Source: SAR324 cluster bacterium
Lineage (GTDB): Bacteria > SAR324 > NAC60-12
Direction of reading: 5' to 3'
Length of the DNA: 53,974 nucleotides
NCBI GenBank assembly: GCA_028282505.1
Contig: JANQHV010000554.1
Span: 1-53,974 of the forward strand
Of this stretch, positions 35,933-45,993 are shown in pieces. Numbering within the stretch: position 1 is the stretch's first letter; every line of letters begins with the position of its first letter. The notes below the pieces were generated by a model. That model worked only from the letters and a program-made list of their open reading frames with translations, was not told the DNA's origin and searched no databases. The position numbers were made by a program, and so were the translations under genes.

Positions 35933-37972
35933 ATGAAATATTTTCTTCGGTGTCATAAAAATTTTTTGATCACATTTTTGATTATTTTAATTTTTCGGTT
36001 AGTTTTTATGGTCACCTACCCTCTAAACGTAGCTGGTGATGGAGATGCCTACTTTAGAATGATAGGATATGGCAGGAGCCATTTAATTCATGCCAGTGGA
36101 TATCCTTTTATTTTTGGATTACCCTTTCAAATTTATCGATCCATCACTGGTTTACAGCTCACAGATGAGCGTTTAAAAAAGGTAACACAGCCGATGGATG
36201 GGAGTAATGAACAACAAGAAAGCACATTATCAGAACAAGAAAAGAAGCCTCTTGAAAATCCCAGCCCAAACGCAGGCAATCCACCTCAAATAGAAGTAAT
36301 GATTACCCAAAAAACCCTGGATCTGGTCAATAATTCAAACTTTACCAGCCAATTTAATACGTCTTTCAACGAAGAACTCTTTGTTGCATTGAAAACACAC
36401 TTAAATAAAAAAATGTATTTTCAACAACTCTTGGATGAGTTAAAGCAAAAACACTCCATTCATTTATCTGATACCGACAAAAAAGCCCTGTTGAGAGCAT
36501 CCATTCTTAGAGAACCCCAATATAGCTCCAAAAAACTTCTATTTCGCCTGATGTTATTAATCACACAACATTCAGTAGATCTATTGATGATCGTTGCATT
36601 ATTTTTTCTGGTTCAACATATTTTTGGACAAAACGCTGCGATTCTTTCTATCCTGCTATACGGATTGGATGTATTTAATATCGCTTATGTCTCACAAACT
36701 CGTCCTGCATGGTTTCAAGGAGTGTTATTAGTTTTCTTTCTTTGGAGTATCCATCGGGCATACCAATCAACAGAAGCATCAAAAAAAATAACAAGCTACG
36801 CATTATCCGCATTTATATTCAGTTGGATGGTTCTAGTAAAATATAATGCGTTCATGCTGGTTCCAGTATATTTAGTCACTTTATTGCATGAGAAGACTAG
36901 TTGGAAAATACGAATAATTTCTCTGACAGTCATTTCTTTTGTTTTCTTAAGCGTTGTACAAAGTTATATTCTTTTTTTCCACAAGCCAACAACAGGAACA
37001 AAGGACTTGAATTATGATAGTGGACTCATCATGAGAAAAGTAGCGCCCGATTATACTCCAGAAAAAAAATTATCCGCTCAAATGGGAATACATACTAAAA
37101 GATATTTGGTGGTGGGTTGGTTACTACACGATAAAAAGCCTGTCCTTAGTCAACACAGTGTCTATGAACACATTGATTCTTTACCACCAGAATATAGGGC
37201 CCCTTATCGTCAAAAATACCTCTATTTATTAGATGCTGATCACAAAGTGCTCGATGATCTCATCAAAACAACTAACATGCCTGACGATTATGCTGGAGAT
37301 TATACGAAGGTTGTATATTTCCTTGGTCTCAAAGTCGCAGACCAACTAGGCAAAAAAATGTTTTTCGAAGTAATTACTCAAAATTTTCTCACTTATCTAA
37401 AAATCACGTTGGCCAAATGTTGGAACAACTTGTTTCGTCCTTTTATTCCCACTTATTTAGTGCATGCGAATTATGGTTGGGGTGAAAATTTACAAAATAA
37501 CATTTTTTATGAGAAGCAATACGATGCACTGCTTCATCAACGTAAAGTGATTCTTCATGATGAAGTGCCGAGGAATATATTAAATTTCGGCTTCGTGGAG
37601 TATTTTAACGAAACAACTCGAACCATTGGATATGAAAGAACTATTCTGTGGAAACCAGGAGTGATTCTGTTCTCTTTACTGGCTCATTTGAGAAATCCAT
37701 TGTCATTGCTAAATTGGATTTGTCTTGGGCTATTATTGGTTTTAGCCCTCAAAAAAGGAATGCAGGAAAGCTTTACCCAAGAAAATACAGGAATTATTAT
37801 CTATCTGGTATGCATGATTATCGGTTTTATCATTGGATCCAATTCATTTTTCCATTTCCGCTCTAATGAATTGAGATTTATACAACCTGTTCTCAGCACT
37901 TTAACTGGTGTAAGCCTTATTTGGATTTATCAAGCATTATTGGGCAAAAGAAAAGTACCTTTTCCCTCTTAA
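35933..37972 (+). CDS. Polytopic membrane protein, putative GT-C-fold transferase
   Basis: TM1 then GDGDAY...HASGYP, multiple TM segments, large periplasmic loop, C-terminal R-F/Y motif. Confidence 0.55.
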   Translation: MKYFLRCHKNFLITFLIILIFRLVFMVTYPLNVAGDGDAYFRMIGYGRSHLIHASGYPFIFGLPFQIYRSITGLQLTDERLKKVTQPMDGSNEQQESTLSEQEKKPLENPSPNAGNPPQIEVMITQKTLDLVNNSNFTSQFNTSFNEELFVALKTHLNKKMYFQQLLDELKQKHSIHLSDTDKKALLRASILREPQYSSKKLLFRLMLLITQHSVDLLMIVALFFLVQHIFGQNAAILSILLYGLDVFNIAYVSQTRPAWFQGVLLVFFLWSIHRAYQSTEASKKITSYALSAFIFSWMVLVKYNAFMLVPVYLVTLLHEKTSWKIRIISLTVISFVFLSVVQSYILFFHKPTTGTKDLNYDSGLIMRKVAPDYTPEKKLSAQMGIHTKRYLVVGWLLHDKKPVLSQHSVYEHIDSLPPEYRAPYRQKYLYLLDADHKVLDDLIKTTNMPDDYAGDYTKVVYFLGLKVADQLGKKMFFEVITQNFLTYLKITLAKCWNNLFRPFIPTYLVHANYGWGENLQNNIFYEKQYDALLHQRKVILHDEVPRNILNFGFVEYFNETTRTIGYERTILWKPGVILFSLLAHLRNPLSLLNWICLGLLLVLALKKGMQESFTQENTGIIIYLVCMIIGFIIGSNSFFHFRSNELRFIQPVLSTLTGVSLIWIYQALLGKRKVPFPS

Positions 37973-38016
37973 AACAACAAAAGATAAACGAACTCAAATT
38001 ATAATAAAGGAAAAAT

Positions 38017-38589
38017 ATGGAAGTTCATGTCGAAACCACAGCACTCAAAGATGCTGTCATCATTTCAAACGAGATATTTGAAGATGACCGAGGTTTTTTT
38101 ATGGAGGTTTATCGAAAAGATATTTTCGAAAAAGCAGGGCTTCCCACAGATTTTGTACAGCTCAACCATTCTCGCTCAACCAAAGGAGTTGTGAGGGGGC
38201 TGCATTTTCAATGGGAACCTCCAATGGGAAAATTAATTCGAGTCACTCAGGGCACAGCTTATTTAACGGCAGTTGATATTCGGAAAGGATCACCAACATT
38301 TGGGCAATGGATAGGGATGGAATTTGATGCCAAAGAGAAAAAGCAATTTTATGCTCCTGCTGGATTTGCTCGCGGATTTTGTTGCCTGTCGGATGTCGCT
38401 GAACTGGAATATTTAACGACAGGCACTTATAATGGTTCCTGTGAAGCCAGCATTTTATGGAATGATCCCGAAATTGGCATGGAGTGGCCAATTTCGAATC
38501 CCACACTTTCAGAAAGAGATATCAATGCGTTAACTCTATCTCAATGGATGGAGAGTGAAAACTCCAATCATTTTATTTATAGTCAATAG
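38017..38589 (+). CDS. rmlC: dTDP-4-dehydrorhamnose 3,5-epimerase family
   Basis: DDRGFFME, QLNHSRS..GVVRGLHFQ, DIRKGSPTFGQW, WNDP. Confidence 0.9.
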   Translation: MEVHVETTALKDAVIISNEIFEDDRGFFMEVYRKDIFEKAGLPTDFVQLNHSRSTKGVVRGLHFQWEPPMGKLIRVTQGTAYLTAVDIRKGSPTFGQWIGMEFDAKEKKQFYAPAGFARGFCCLSDVAELEYLTTGTYNGSCEASILWNDPEIGMEWPISNPTLSERDINALTLSQWMESENSNHFIYSQ

Positions 38590-38601
38590 AGAATTCATAA
38601 T

Positions 38602-39498
38602 ATGGAAAAAATGCGCTTATTAATAATTGGAGGTAATGGACAACTAGGCTCTGATTTCAATAGATATGCCCCACTTTTGAAATACGAGGTTTGTAATTTA
38701 ACTCATGAGGACGTGGAAATTACCAACAGAGATTCTGTTTTCAATACATTAAATACATTGAACTTCGATGTCATCATCAATACGGCAACATACCACGGCC
38801 AGAAAGCATATGAAGACAAGACTCCCGATAACTCTTATGCCGTCAATATGTTTGGACCGTTTTATCTTGCACAATATGCTCAGGAACATGGGAAAAAATT
38901 TGTCCATTTTAGCACAGACTATGTATATTCTGGGAATGTCGACTGCCCAGAAGGTGGATTTTCAGAAGAAGATTTGCCAATTCCAGGAAATATTTATGGA
39001 ACTTCCAAGTTGGCAGGAGAGCATTTGGTAGGCATTACTTGTGAGCAGTCTTTGATCATTAGAGTAGCCTCACTTTACGGGTATAATGGGTGCCGAGCAA
39101 AAAACAATTCTAACTTTGTTGAAATGATGATGGCTAAGATGAGAAACCATGAAAACATCAAGGTAGTGGATGATATTTTCATGAGCCCCACCAGTACTAA
39201 ATCCATCGTCCAATGGACAGTCAAACTATTGGAAAACAATCAGACGGGGCTTTATCATTTGGCAGGCTCAGGGGGCTGCTCATGGTATGACCTGACCATT
39301 GCCATTGCTAAATTTTTAAATTATCCTGAAAACTTGATAGAACGCTCTTCTACACGGCATATCCAACAGGAGGTAAAGCGTGGGAATAATACTGCATTAC
39401 ACAATAAAAAACTCCAAAAAACTTTAGGAAGCAATCTCCCCCATTGGCAAGAATGTTTGCATGAGTATTTAACAGAAAGAGACAAGTACATCACCTGA
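38602..39498 (+). CDS. rmlD: dTDP-4-dehydrorhamnose reductase family SDR
   Basis: GGNGQLG, STDYVY, YGTSKLAGE, VVDD..MSPT. Confidence 0.85.
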   Translation: MEKMRLLIIGGNGQLGSDFNRYAPLLKYEVCNLTHEDVEITNRDSVFNTLNTLNFDVIINTATYHGQKAYEDKTPDNSYAVNMFGPFYLAQYAQEHGKKFVHFSTDYVYSGNVDCPEGGFSEEDLPIPGNIYGTSKLAGEHLVGITCEQSLIIRVASLYGYNGCRAKNNSNFVEMMMAKMRNHENIKVVDDIFMSPTSTKSIVQWTVKLLENNQTGLYHLAGSGGCSWYDLTIAIAKFLNYPENLIERSSTRHIQQEVKRGNNTALHNKKLQKTLGSNLPHWQECLHEYLTERDKYIT

Positions 39499-39513
39499 AT
39501 TTTTACTATCTTG

Positions 39514-39660
39514 ACGTGATGTGCGACTTTTTTTGTCATTCCGGGCTTGACCCGGAATCTAAGAGCTTACACACGTTTTCTGGATACTGGATCAAGTCCA
39601 GTATGACATGCTCTGTTATAATAATATCAATCACTTACAAGAAAAAGTTGCACACGGCGT
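39514..39660. mobile_element. 147-bp MITE with 7-bp target duplication and internal REP-like pair
   Basis: TATCTTG at 39507-39513 and 39661-39667. TIRs ACGTGATGTGCGACTTTTT / AAAAAGTTGCACACGGCGT (15/19). Internal GTCATTCCGGGCTTGACCCGGAATC and an inverted variant. Confidence 0.8.
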
Positions 39661-39702
39661 TATCTTGATGAAAACCAATAGAAAGTTAACGAGGAGCATT
39701 GA

Positions 39703-40674
39703 ATGATTGTTTCCAGAACCCCATTACGTATCAGTTTTGTAGGTGGGGGAACAGACCTGCCTGCATTTTATAACGAAAATGATTACGGATGTGTGATCAG
39801 TTCTGCCGTTGATCGCTATGTCTATATTGCTGCAAATTACCGTTTTGATGGCAAGATACGGATGGCCTACTCTGTCAATGAAGTGGTCGATAACATCGAA
39901 AATATTCAAAACGACCGCTTGCAGACGGTCTTGAAACGGTTGAATATTACCGATAGTATCGAAATCTTTTATATTTCTGATATTCCCAAGCAACTTGGTT
40001 TGGGAGGCTCCAGTGCCTTCACCATTGGAGTTCTGCATGCGTTGTATGCTTACAAAGGACAAAAAGTTTTCCCAGAACGCTTGGCGCGGGAATCTTGTGA
40101 GATTGAAATTGATGAATTGAAAAATCCAATTGGAAAACAAGATCAGTATGCTTGTGCCATTGGAGGCATGAACTATCTTCAATTTTGCAATGACGGTACC
40201 GTTGTGCAAAAACCAATTTTGATCGATGAAGACCTCATTTTGAAAATATTTGATGACCTCATTTTTATTTACCTGGGACAGAGTCATGATGCCTCAAAAA
40301 TACTCTCCGGTGTGAATAATAATATGGGGACCAACCATAAAATATTAATCCAAATGAGGGAAATTACAGAACAACTGTATCGGGAATTAATGAAAAAGAA
40401 TATTGATCAGTTTGTCTATGCGCTAAAAGAAAATTGGTTACTCAAAAAAAGTACATCCAATGAGATTTCCAATGGTCACATCGAAGAACTTTATGAGAAA
40501 GCAGTGCGTCATGGTGCGCTCAGTGGCAAAGTATTGGGCGCGGGTGGAGGAGGTTTTTTGATGATGTATGTCCCTTTAGAAAAACAAGAATATTTCTTTC
40601 AGAAAATGGAGGGCATCAAAATGTTAAAATTTTCCATCGCCCATGAAGGCAGTCAAATCCTGACAGTGGCCTGA
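39703..40674 (+). CDS. hddA: GHMP sugar kinase, HddA (heptose-7-phosphate kinase)-like
   Basis: TPLRISFVGGGTD, GLGGSS, GKQDQY, GKVLGAGGGGF. Confidence 0.8.
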   Translation: MIVSRTPLRISFVGGGTDLPAFYNENDYGCVISSAVDRYVYIAANYRFDGKIRMAYSVNEVVDNIENIQNDRLQTVLKRLNITDSIEIFYISDIPKQLGLGGSSAFTIGVLHALYAYKGQKVFPERLARESCEIEIDELKNPIGKQDQYACAIGGMNYLQFCNDGTVVQKPILIDEDLILKIFDDLIFIYLGQSHDASKILSGVNNNMGTNHKILIQMREITEQLYRELMKKNIDQFVYALKENWLLKKSTSNEISNGHIEELYEKAVRHGALSGKVLGAGGGGFLMMYVPLEKQEYFFQKMEGIKMLKFSIAHEGSQILTVA

Positions 40675-40698
40675 CAATTTTTATCATAAAAATAGGCA

Positions 40699-41427
40699 AT
40701 GAAAGCATTTTTATTAGCAGCAGGACTGGGTAAACGCTTGAGGCCCATCACATTGCACACCCCCAAATGTTTGGTGCCCATTCACAATATTCCTTTAATG
40801 GACTATTGGCTCAAGATTTTTGAACAGGCCAACATTGATAATATCCTGATCAACCTGCATCACCTCACAGAAAAAGTAGAAGAGCATGTCAAAGCATATC
40901 AGGGGCCTGTTCAGGTGGAGATTGTTTTTGAAGAAGTACTCTTAGGCAGCCTGGGCACTATTTTAGCGAACAAACAGTTTTTTGAGAATGATCAATCGAT
41001 TGTCATTTGTTATGCAGACAATTTTACGAACTTGAATTTACAGGCAATGCTGGATTTTCACGATTCACACAGCTTCCCTTTCACCATGGGGTTGTTTGAA
41101 ACAGATCAACCAACGCAGTGTGGAATTGTTGAAATGGATAATAATTCCCTGATCACTTATATGGAAGAAAAACCCAAACATCCCAGGTCGAACCTGGCCA
41201 ATGCTGGGGTGTATGTGGCAGATACCACTGTCTTTCACAACATGGAGTATGATGGAAAGACCCTGTTAGATATTGGCTATGACTTACTGCCCAGGCTGGT
41301 CAATAACATGGCAGGCTATCGAATTCCTGAGTTTCTGATCGATATCGGAACCCCAGAAAAACTGGAATTTACCAATGAATATGTCAAACAACACATCGAT
41401 GAATTTACGCCATACTTTACTAATTAA
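40699..41427 (+). CDS. Sugar-1-phosphate nucleotidyltransferase (HddC/mannose-1-P guanylyltransferase-like)
   Basis: LAAGLGKRLRP....PK, EKP, NAGVY, DIGTPE. Confidence 0.85.
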   Translation: MKAFLLAAGLGKRLRPITLHTPKCLVPIHNIPLMDYWLKIFEQANIDNILINLHHLTEKVEEHVKAYQGPVQVEIVFEEVLLGSLGTILANKQFFENDQSIVICYADNFTNLNLQAMLDFHDSHSFPFTMGLFETDQPTQCGIVEMDNNSLITYMEEKPKHPRSNLANAGVYVADTTVFHNMEYDGKTLLDIGYDLLPRLVNNMAGYRIPEFLIDIGTPEKLEFTNEYVKQHIDEFTPYFTN

Positions 41428-41461
41428 CTCATTACATTCAGACAAAAGTTTTTATATGCTA

Positions 41462-41525
41462 ACCTTGAAAAAAGGGGAAGAACCAGCTTCCCTCCTTACC
41501 AAGGAGGGGTTGGGGGAGATTCTTA
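41462..41525. repeat. Partial copy of the CCCTCC/GGAGGG palindromic repeat
   Basis: CTTGAAAAAAGGGGAAGAAC and CCCTCCTTACCAAGGAGGG match segments of 29129-29294. Confidence 0.6.
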
Positions 41526-41586
41526 AGAATCCTTAAAATATATAAAAGCCTTTAATGCAATCACTCATTCATAAAAAAGGAAATTA

Positions 41587-42522
41587 ATGCACATACTCGT
41601 TACAGGAGGATGCGGTTATAAAGGAACCGTTCTCACCAAAAAATTATTAGAAGAAGGATATCAGGTCACTGTATTGGACATTATGTGGTTTGGGAATTAT
41701 TTACCCGAACATAAAAACCTCACAATCATTAAAGAAGATATCCGAAATATCGAAGCCATTTCTCTGAAAGATATTGATGTCATCATCCACTTGGCAAATA
41801 TTGCAAATGACCCCAGTGTAGAATTAGACCCCACTCTGTCTTGGGAGGTCAATGCGCTGGGAACCATGCAACTTGCCGATTATGCGGTACGAAGCGGAGT
41901 GAAACGTTTGATTTACGCCAGTTCGGGTAGCATCTACGGAGTCAAGGATGAGCCAGAAGTGACCGAAGAACTCACACCTGTTCCTCTTTCAGTGTATAAT
42001 AAAACCAAAATGGTGGTTGAACGAGTCTTGTTGAGTTACAAAGATGACATGATCATTCAGTGCATTCGCCCAGGAACCGTATGTGGCTACTCTCCCAGGA
42101 TGCGTCTGGACATTGCTGTCAACATGCTCACCATGCAGGCTTTATCAAACGGAAAAATCACGGTTTTTGGTGGTCCTCAAACACGACCCAATCTCCATAT
42201 CCAAGACATGATTCGAGTCTATCTGCATTTTTTGGAGAACGACCAGCTACAAGGAATTTTTAATGCAGGATTTGAAAACATTTCTATTATAGATACTGCC
42301 AAAAAAGTGACGCAAACCGTCCCTGCCGAAATTGTTGTCAGTGAATCCAATGACCCTCGTTCTTATCGTCTCAATGCTGATAAACTCCTTCAGACTGGTT
42401 TTACTCCTGAATATTCGGTCCAGGATGCAATTGATGAGATCTATGAAAGGGTAAAAAGTGGGGAATTGACTGATGAGGAGCATTGCTACAATGTAAAATG
42501 GATGAGAAAGGTTTTGCAATAA
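41587..42522 (+). CDS. NAD-dependent nucleotide-sugar epimerase/dehydratase (extended SDR)
   Basis: TGGCGYKG, HLA, ASSGSIYG, YNKTK. Confidence 0.9.
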   Translation: MHILVTGGCGYKGTVLTKKLLEEGYQVTVLDIMWFGNYLPEHKNLTIIKEDIRNIEAISLKDIDVIIHLANIANDPSVELDPTLSWEVNALGTMQLADYAVRSGVKRLIYASSGSIYGVKDEPEVTEELTPVPLSVYNKTKMVVERVLLSYKDDMIIQCIRPGTVCGYSPRMRLDIAVNMLTMQALSNGKITVFGGPQTRPNLHIQDMIRVYLHFLENDQLQGIFNAGFENISIIDTAKKVTQTVPAEIVVSESNDPRSYRLNADKLLQTGFTPEYSVQDAIDEIYERVKSGELTDEEHCYNVKWMRKVLQ

Positions 42523-42574
42523 GCTAAAAAATCGATTGTCGAACAATACAAATTTTGTAAAGCAGATAAATTCT

Positions 42575-43609
42575 ATGAAAATCAGTTGGTTTGTTCCTCC
42601 AGTTTCCAAGTACTCTTTGCTGCCAGATTGGATTTCCCGAAAAATGCGGATTGGGTACTATCATTATGATCATGTGCCAGGTTCCGTATACCTCCGTTGT
42701 AGTTTATTGATTTATTACCTGGAAGAACAGGGAATTCGATGTTATCTTAATAATCCATCTGCAGATGCCGATATTGCTGTTTTTGTGCGTTGGCAGGATG
42801 AGCAGGCCTATCAGGAACTACAACGGCAAAAAGGCAAAGGCAGGGTGACTGTTTTTGATCAGGTGATCAATTATTTTGATGTTGCCGGAATATTTCCTGG
42901 TAACTACGGAAGTACGGAAGAACAAAAAGCACAGATTTTGCAAATGGTTAACTCAGTAGATGCCTTTACGTGCTCTTCTGAATTCATTCGCCAAAGAGCC
43001 AATCAGCAAGGAATTACCGGTCACTACATCCCAGAGACTGTCGATTTACGACATTTTCGTGATTATAAAAAGAAAGAGAGTTTTCATAAAAAATCCATTA
43101 CTGCCATTTGGTCAGGACAGCCGGTGAAGGCAACAGAACTGTCCGAGTTGATTCCCTTATTGCAAAAAAGAGATATTTCCTTGACAGTCATTGCCTCCAG
43201 AAAGCCTGATATTTCAGGCCCATTTGAATGTATACCTTATTCCTACAACACATTTCCTCAAAGTATCCTGGCAGGAGATGTTTGCGTTTCTCCACGCAAA
43301 ACCGACAATACTTATGATTTGGGGCACAGCTATTGGAAAATTGGCACCTTCATGGTTTGTGGGGTCCCGGCACTTGCTGCTCCAATTCCGTCTTATGTCG
43401 AAGCGATTGGAAAGACAGGAGGAGGAAGAATTTGTGAGTCCACTGCCGATTGGGAATCTGCACTGGATTACATAGCCGAGAATCGAGATGTTCTTTGGGA
43501 ATGGTCCCAGGCAGCCCGTGAGGGGATGATTGCCCACTATTCTACAGAAAATGTCGTCAAACAATATATTGCACTTTTTGAAAAACTCCTTGATTCTCGA
43601 AAATCATAA
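42575..43609 (+). CDS. GT-B fold glycosyltransferase (GT4-like)
   Basis: K...FMVCGVPALA.P..SY motif and C-terminal YS.ENVV.QY. Likely ATG at 42575. Confidence 0.7.
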   Translation: MKISWFVPPVSKYSLLPDWISRKMRIGYYHYDHVPGSVYLRCSLLIYYLEEQGIRCYLNNPSADADIAVFVRWQDEQAYQELQRQKGKGRVTVFDQVINYFDVAGIFPGNYGSTEEQKAQILQMVNSVDAFTCSSEFIRQRANQQGITGHYIPETVDLRHFRDYKKKESFHKKSITAIWSGQPVKATELSELIPLLQKRDISLTVIASRKPDISGPFECIPYSYNTFPQSILAGDVCVSPRKTDNTYDLGHSYWKIGTFMVCGVPALAAPIPSYVEAIGKTGGGRICESTADWESALDYIAENRDVLWEWSQAAREGMIAHYSTENVVKQYIALFEKLLDSRKS

Positions 43610-43660
43610 AAGAAACGTCCATATCGATTACTAGAGTAGTTCAGCATTGGCTGATATACT

Positions 43661-43748
43661 AGTCCCGAAGGGACGACAAGCAATAGCCCAGCTATTTATG
43701 ACTGGGTAAGAGTTATGAAACATTTATCAGTCCCGTAGGAACGATACA
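43661..43748. repeat. REP-like palindromic cluster
   Basis: AGTCCCGAAGGGACGA and AGTCCCGTAGGAACGA flank CCCAG...CTGGG. Confidence 0.5.
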
Positions 43749-43915
43749 AATTGGGAATGCACCCGACAAAACGCCAAAGCGATCTCAGGAAATAGATTTT
43801 TCGTACGGTTGACATTCCGTTTTTTTGTGAGGGTCCAACCTTTCGATTTCGTGGACTCCATCAAATTATCGTCCAGCTTAAATGGGTAGCCAAAAACCTT
43901 AACCAACTAAAAACC

Positions 43916-44992
43916 ATGAGTTTTATCACAGAATTCAATCAGCATGTCCAAGATAAAAATTTAGAAGGAGTGGTAGACACTCTGAAAACCCTGCCGGAAC
44001 GGGTGACTGTCAAACTGAATGAGTACAACCCTTTGCCTCCGACGAAACCAGCACGAATTTGTATTGAATTGACCAATCGTTGTAATTTGAATTGTCCTTT
44101 TTGTCTGGTTGGACAGCAAAACCTGCAAGAATCCGTCGCTCACGATGATTTGAACCGAGAAGCAGGTGGAATGGACATGGATTTGTGCCGAAAAATCATT
44201 GCTGACGCCAAAAAATTTGGCATCAAAGAGATTTTGCTCACCTTCCAAGGGGAACCATTGATGTTCAAGCGGCAAAATTTTATTGAATTGGTTAAACTTT
44301 CCAAGGCAAATGGCCTCAAAACCATTGTTTTTACAAATGGTCTTTTATTGGACCCCGTTTTTTCCAGAGCCATTGTGAAAGCAGGCTTGGATGTGATGCG
44401 ATTTTCCGTTGATGGTGCAACACAAGAGATTTACGAACTGAACCGGGTGGGTGGTAAATTTGAAAAAGTGCGCACCAACATGAAAGATATGGTGCAGATT
44501 GTCAAAGAAGAAAAAAGCAAACTTCAATTGATCTGGCAATTCATTGCCCTCAAAAATAACGAACATCAAATCGAATTTGCCGAAAAAATAGCCGAAGAAA
44601 TTGGTATTCCGTTTCTCATCAAAACATTTGCTGAGAGCATCCCCGCACTGGTTCCAGAAAACCCAGCATATCATCGAAAGTATTTATCAAAAACTTGCCA
44701 TGATATTTATAAGTCCATCTGGGTGTATTGGAATGGCGATGTGGTGCCATGCTGCTATGATTTAGATGGTAAAGAAATCTTGGGCAATATTAACCAAAAT
44801 ACGATTGAAGAAATTTGGGATGGAGAAAAATATAAAAATTTGAGAAAACGAGTCAATGAAGCCCTAATCCATCCAGAAAATGAGCCCGAATTGTGTAAAG
44901 GGTGTTTGAAATATGCCCCCCCAGAAAAACTAGGCATTGATCCTGCTGCTGCTAAATTGAAATCTTATTTGCAACAACCCTTTTTGAAATAA
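43916..44992 (+). CDS. Radical SAM protein with SPASM/twitch domain
   Basis: CNLNCPFC, GEPL, TNG, SVDG. C-terminal C...GDVVPCCYD...GN...CKGC. Confidence 0.92.
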   Translation: MSFITEFNQHVQDKNLEGVVDTLKTLPERVTVKLNEYNPLPPTKPARICIELTNRCNLNCPFCLVGQQNLQESVAHDDLNREAGGMDMDLCRKIIADAKKFGIKEILLTFQGEPLMFKRQNFIELVKLSKANGLKTIVFTNGLLLDPVFSRAIVKAGLDVMRFSVDGATQEIYELNRVGGKFEKVRTNMKDMVQIVKEEKSKLQLIWQFIALKNNEHQIEFAEKIAEEIGIPFLIKTFAESIPALVPENPAYHRKYLSKTCHDIYKSIWVYWNGDVVPCCYDLDGKEILGNINQNTIEEIWDGEKYKNLRKRVNEALIHPENEPELCKGCLKYAPPEKLGIDPAAAKLKSYLQQPFLK

Positions 44993-45008
44993 TCCAATAG
45001 TCCCAAGT

Positions 45009-45090
45009 GGGGTTGGTCATATTTTTGATCAGTTGTGAAAAAATGATTTCCCCTCCTTTCCAAGGAGGGGGTAGGGGAGGTTGTAGGTAT
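45009..45090. repeat. Truncated left part of the 29129-29294 element
   Basis: TCATATTT..GTTGTGAAAAAAT.ATTTCCCCTCCTTT.CAAGGAGGG..TAGGGGA.GT.GTAG is shared. Confidence 0.75.
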
Positions 45091-45107
45091 ATATCACCAG
45101 TTCATTT

Positions 45108-45992
45108 ATGAAAAACGAAAAAGTTTTTATTTCCATTAAACCCCATGATGGGATGAAAGGAGGAGGCTCCAACACGTTCGCATGGAATTTTCAACGGTAC
45201 CTGATAAAAAAGCAAATTCCCATAGCCAATCATTTGTGGGGAGCATCCAAAGCCATCATTATTGCTGACAAAGTCAATTTAATGGCCTTAAAAATTGCTA
45301 AACTCATGGGATGTTATATTCTCCATCGCCTTGATGAAGAATTTAGAGAAGATGAACCGCCAGTTGTCCGAAAACGACACAACAAAATTGTTCAGATTAA
45401 TAAACTGGCCGATCACACGGTTTTCCAGAGCCAGTTTGTCAAAAACAACGTATCCCCTCACTTGAATCCAAAAGATTGGAGCATCATTATCAATGGAGCG
45501 GACTCTTCCATTTTTCATTATCAGTCACATCAAGGACAATACATTGGTCATATCACCAATTCGGTGGGAGAGAAAAAACGCCTGGATTTATTAGAAAAAG
45601 CCATCCAAAAATATCCAGACGAACAGTTCATGCTGGTTGGCAATCATGAAAACTCCTCCATTGACTTTTCCCAATACAAAAATGTCACCATCGTTGGTCC
45701 TGTTACCAAAACCGAACTGGTCAAATATCATCAACAAATGAAATGCCTTTATTTTCCTTCGGAAAGAGACCCATGCCCTAATACGGTTGTAGAAGCAATC
45801 CTGTCTGGCATCCCAGTCTGCTATAATCAACATGGAGGCACTAAGGAAATTGTCAGAGACTGTGGCCTTCCTTTGGAAAATTTTAATGAATTACTCAGTC
45901 AGCTTGCAGTGTTTCAAGAAAAATGTGCTCATCGCAATGATCTTTATTTTGATTCGGTGGCTGCAAAATATTTAAGTTTGATGCCGGGCTAA
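45108..45992 (+). CDS. GT4 glycosyltransferase
   Basis: GGSNTF, INGAD, KKR, DPCPNTVVEAILSGIP. Confidence 0.85.
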   Translation: MKNEKVFISIKPHDGMKGGGSNTFAWNFQRYLIKKQIPIANHLWGASKAIIIADKVNLMALKIAKLMGCYILHRLDEEFREDEPPVVRKRHNKIVQINKLADHTVFQSQFVKNNVSPHLNPKDWSIIINGADSSIFHYQSHQGQYIGHITNSVGEKKRLDLLEKAIQKYPDEQFMLVGNHENSSIDFSQYKNVTIVGPVTKTELVKYHQQMKCLYFPSERDPCPNTVVEAILSGIPVCYNQHGGTKEIVRDCGLPLENFNELLSQLAVFQEKCAHRNDLYFDSVAAKYLSLMPG

Positions 45993-45993
45993 C

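Noticed and set aside
43760-43900. Possible c-di-GMP-I riboswitch (GACAAAACGCCAAAGC...GGTAGCC)
   Set aside because: No GNRA-capped P2 stem or consistent P1 could be built.
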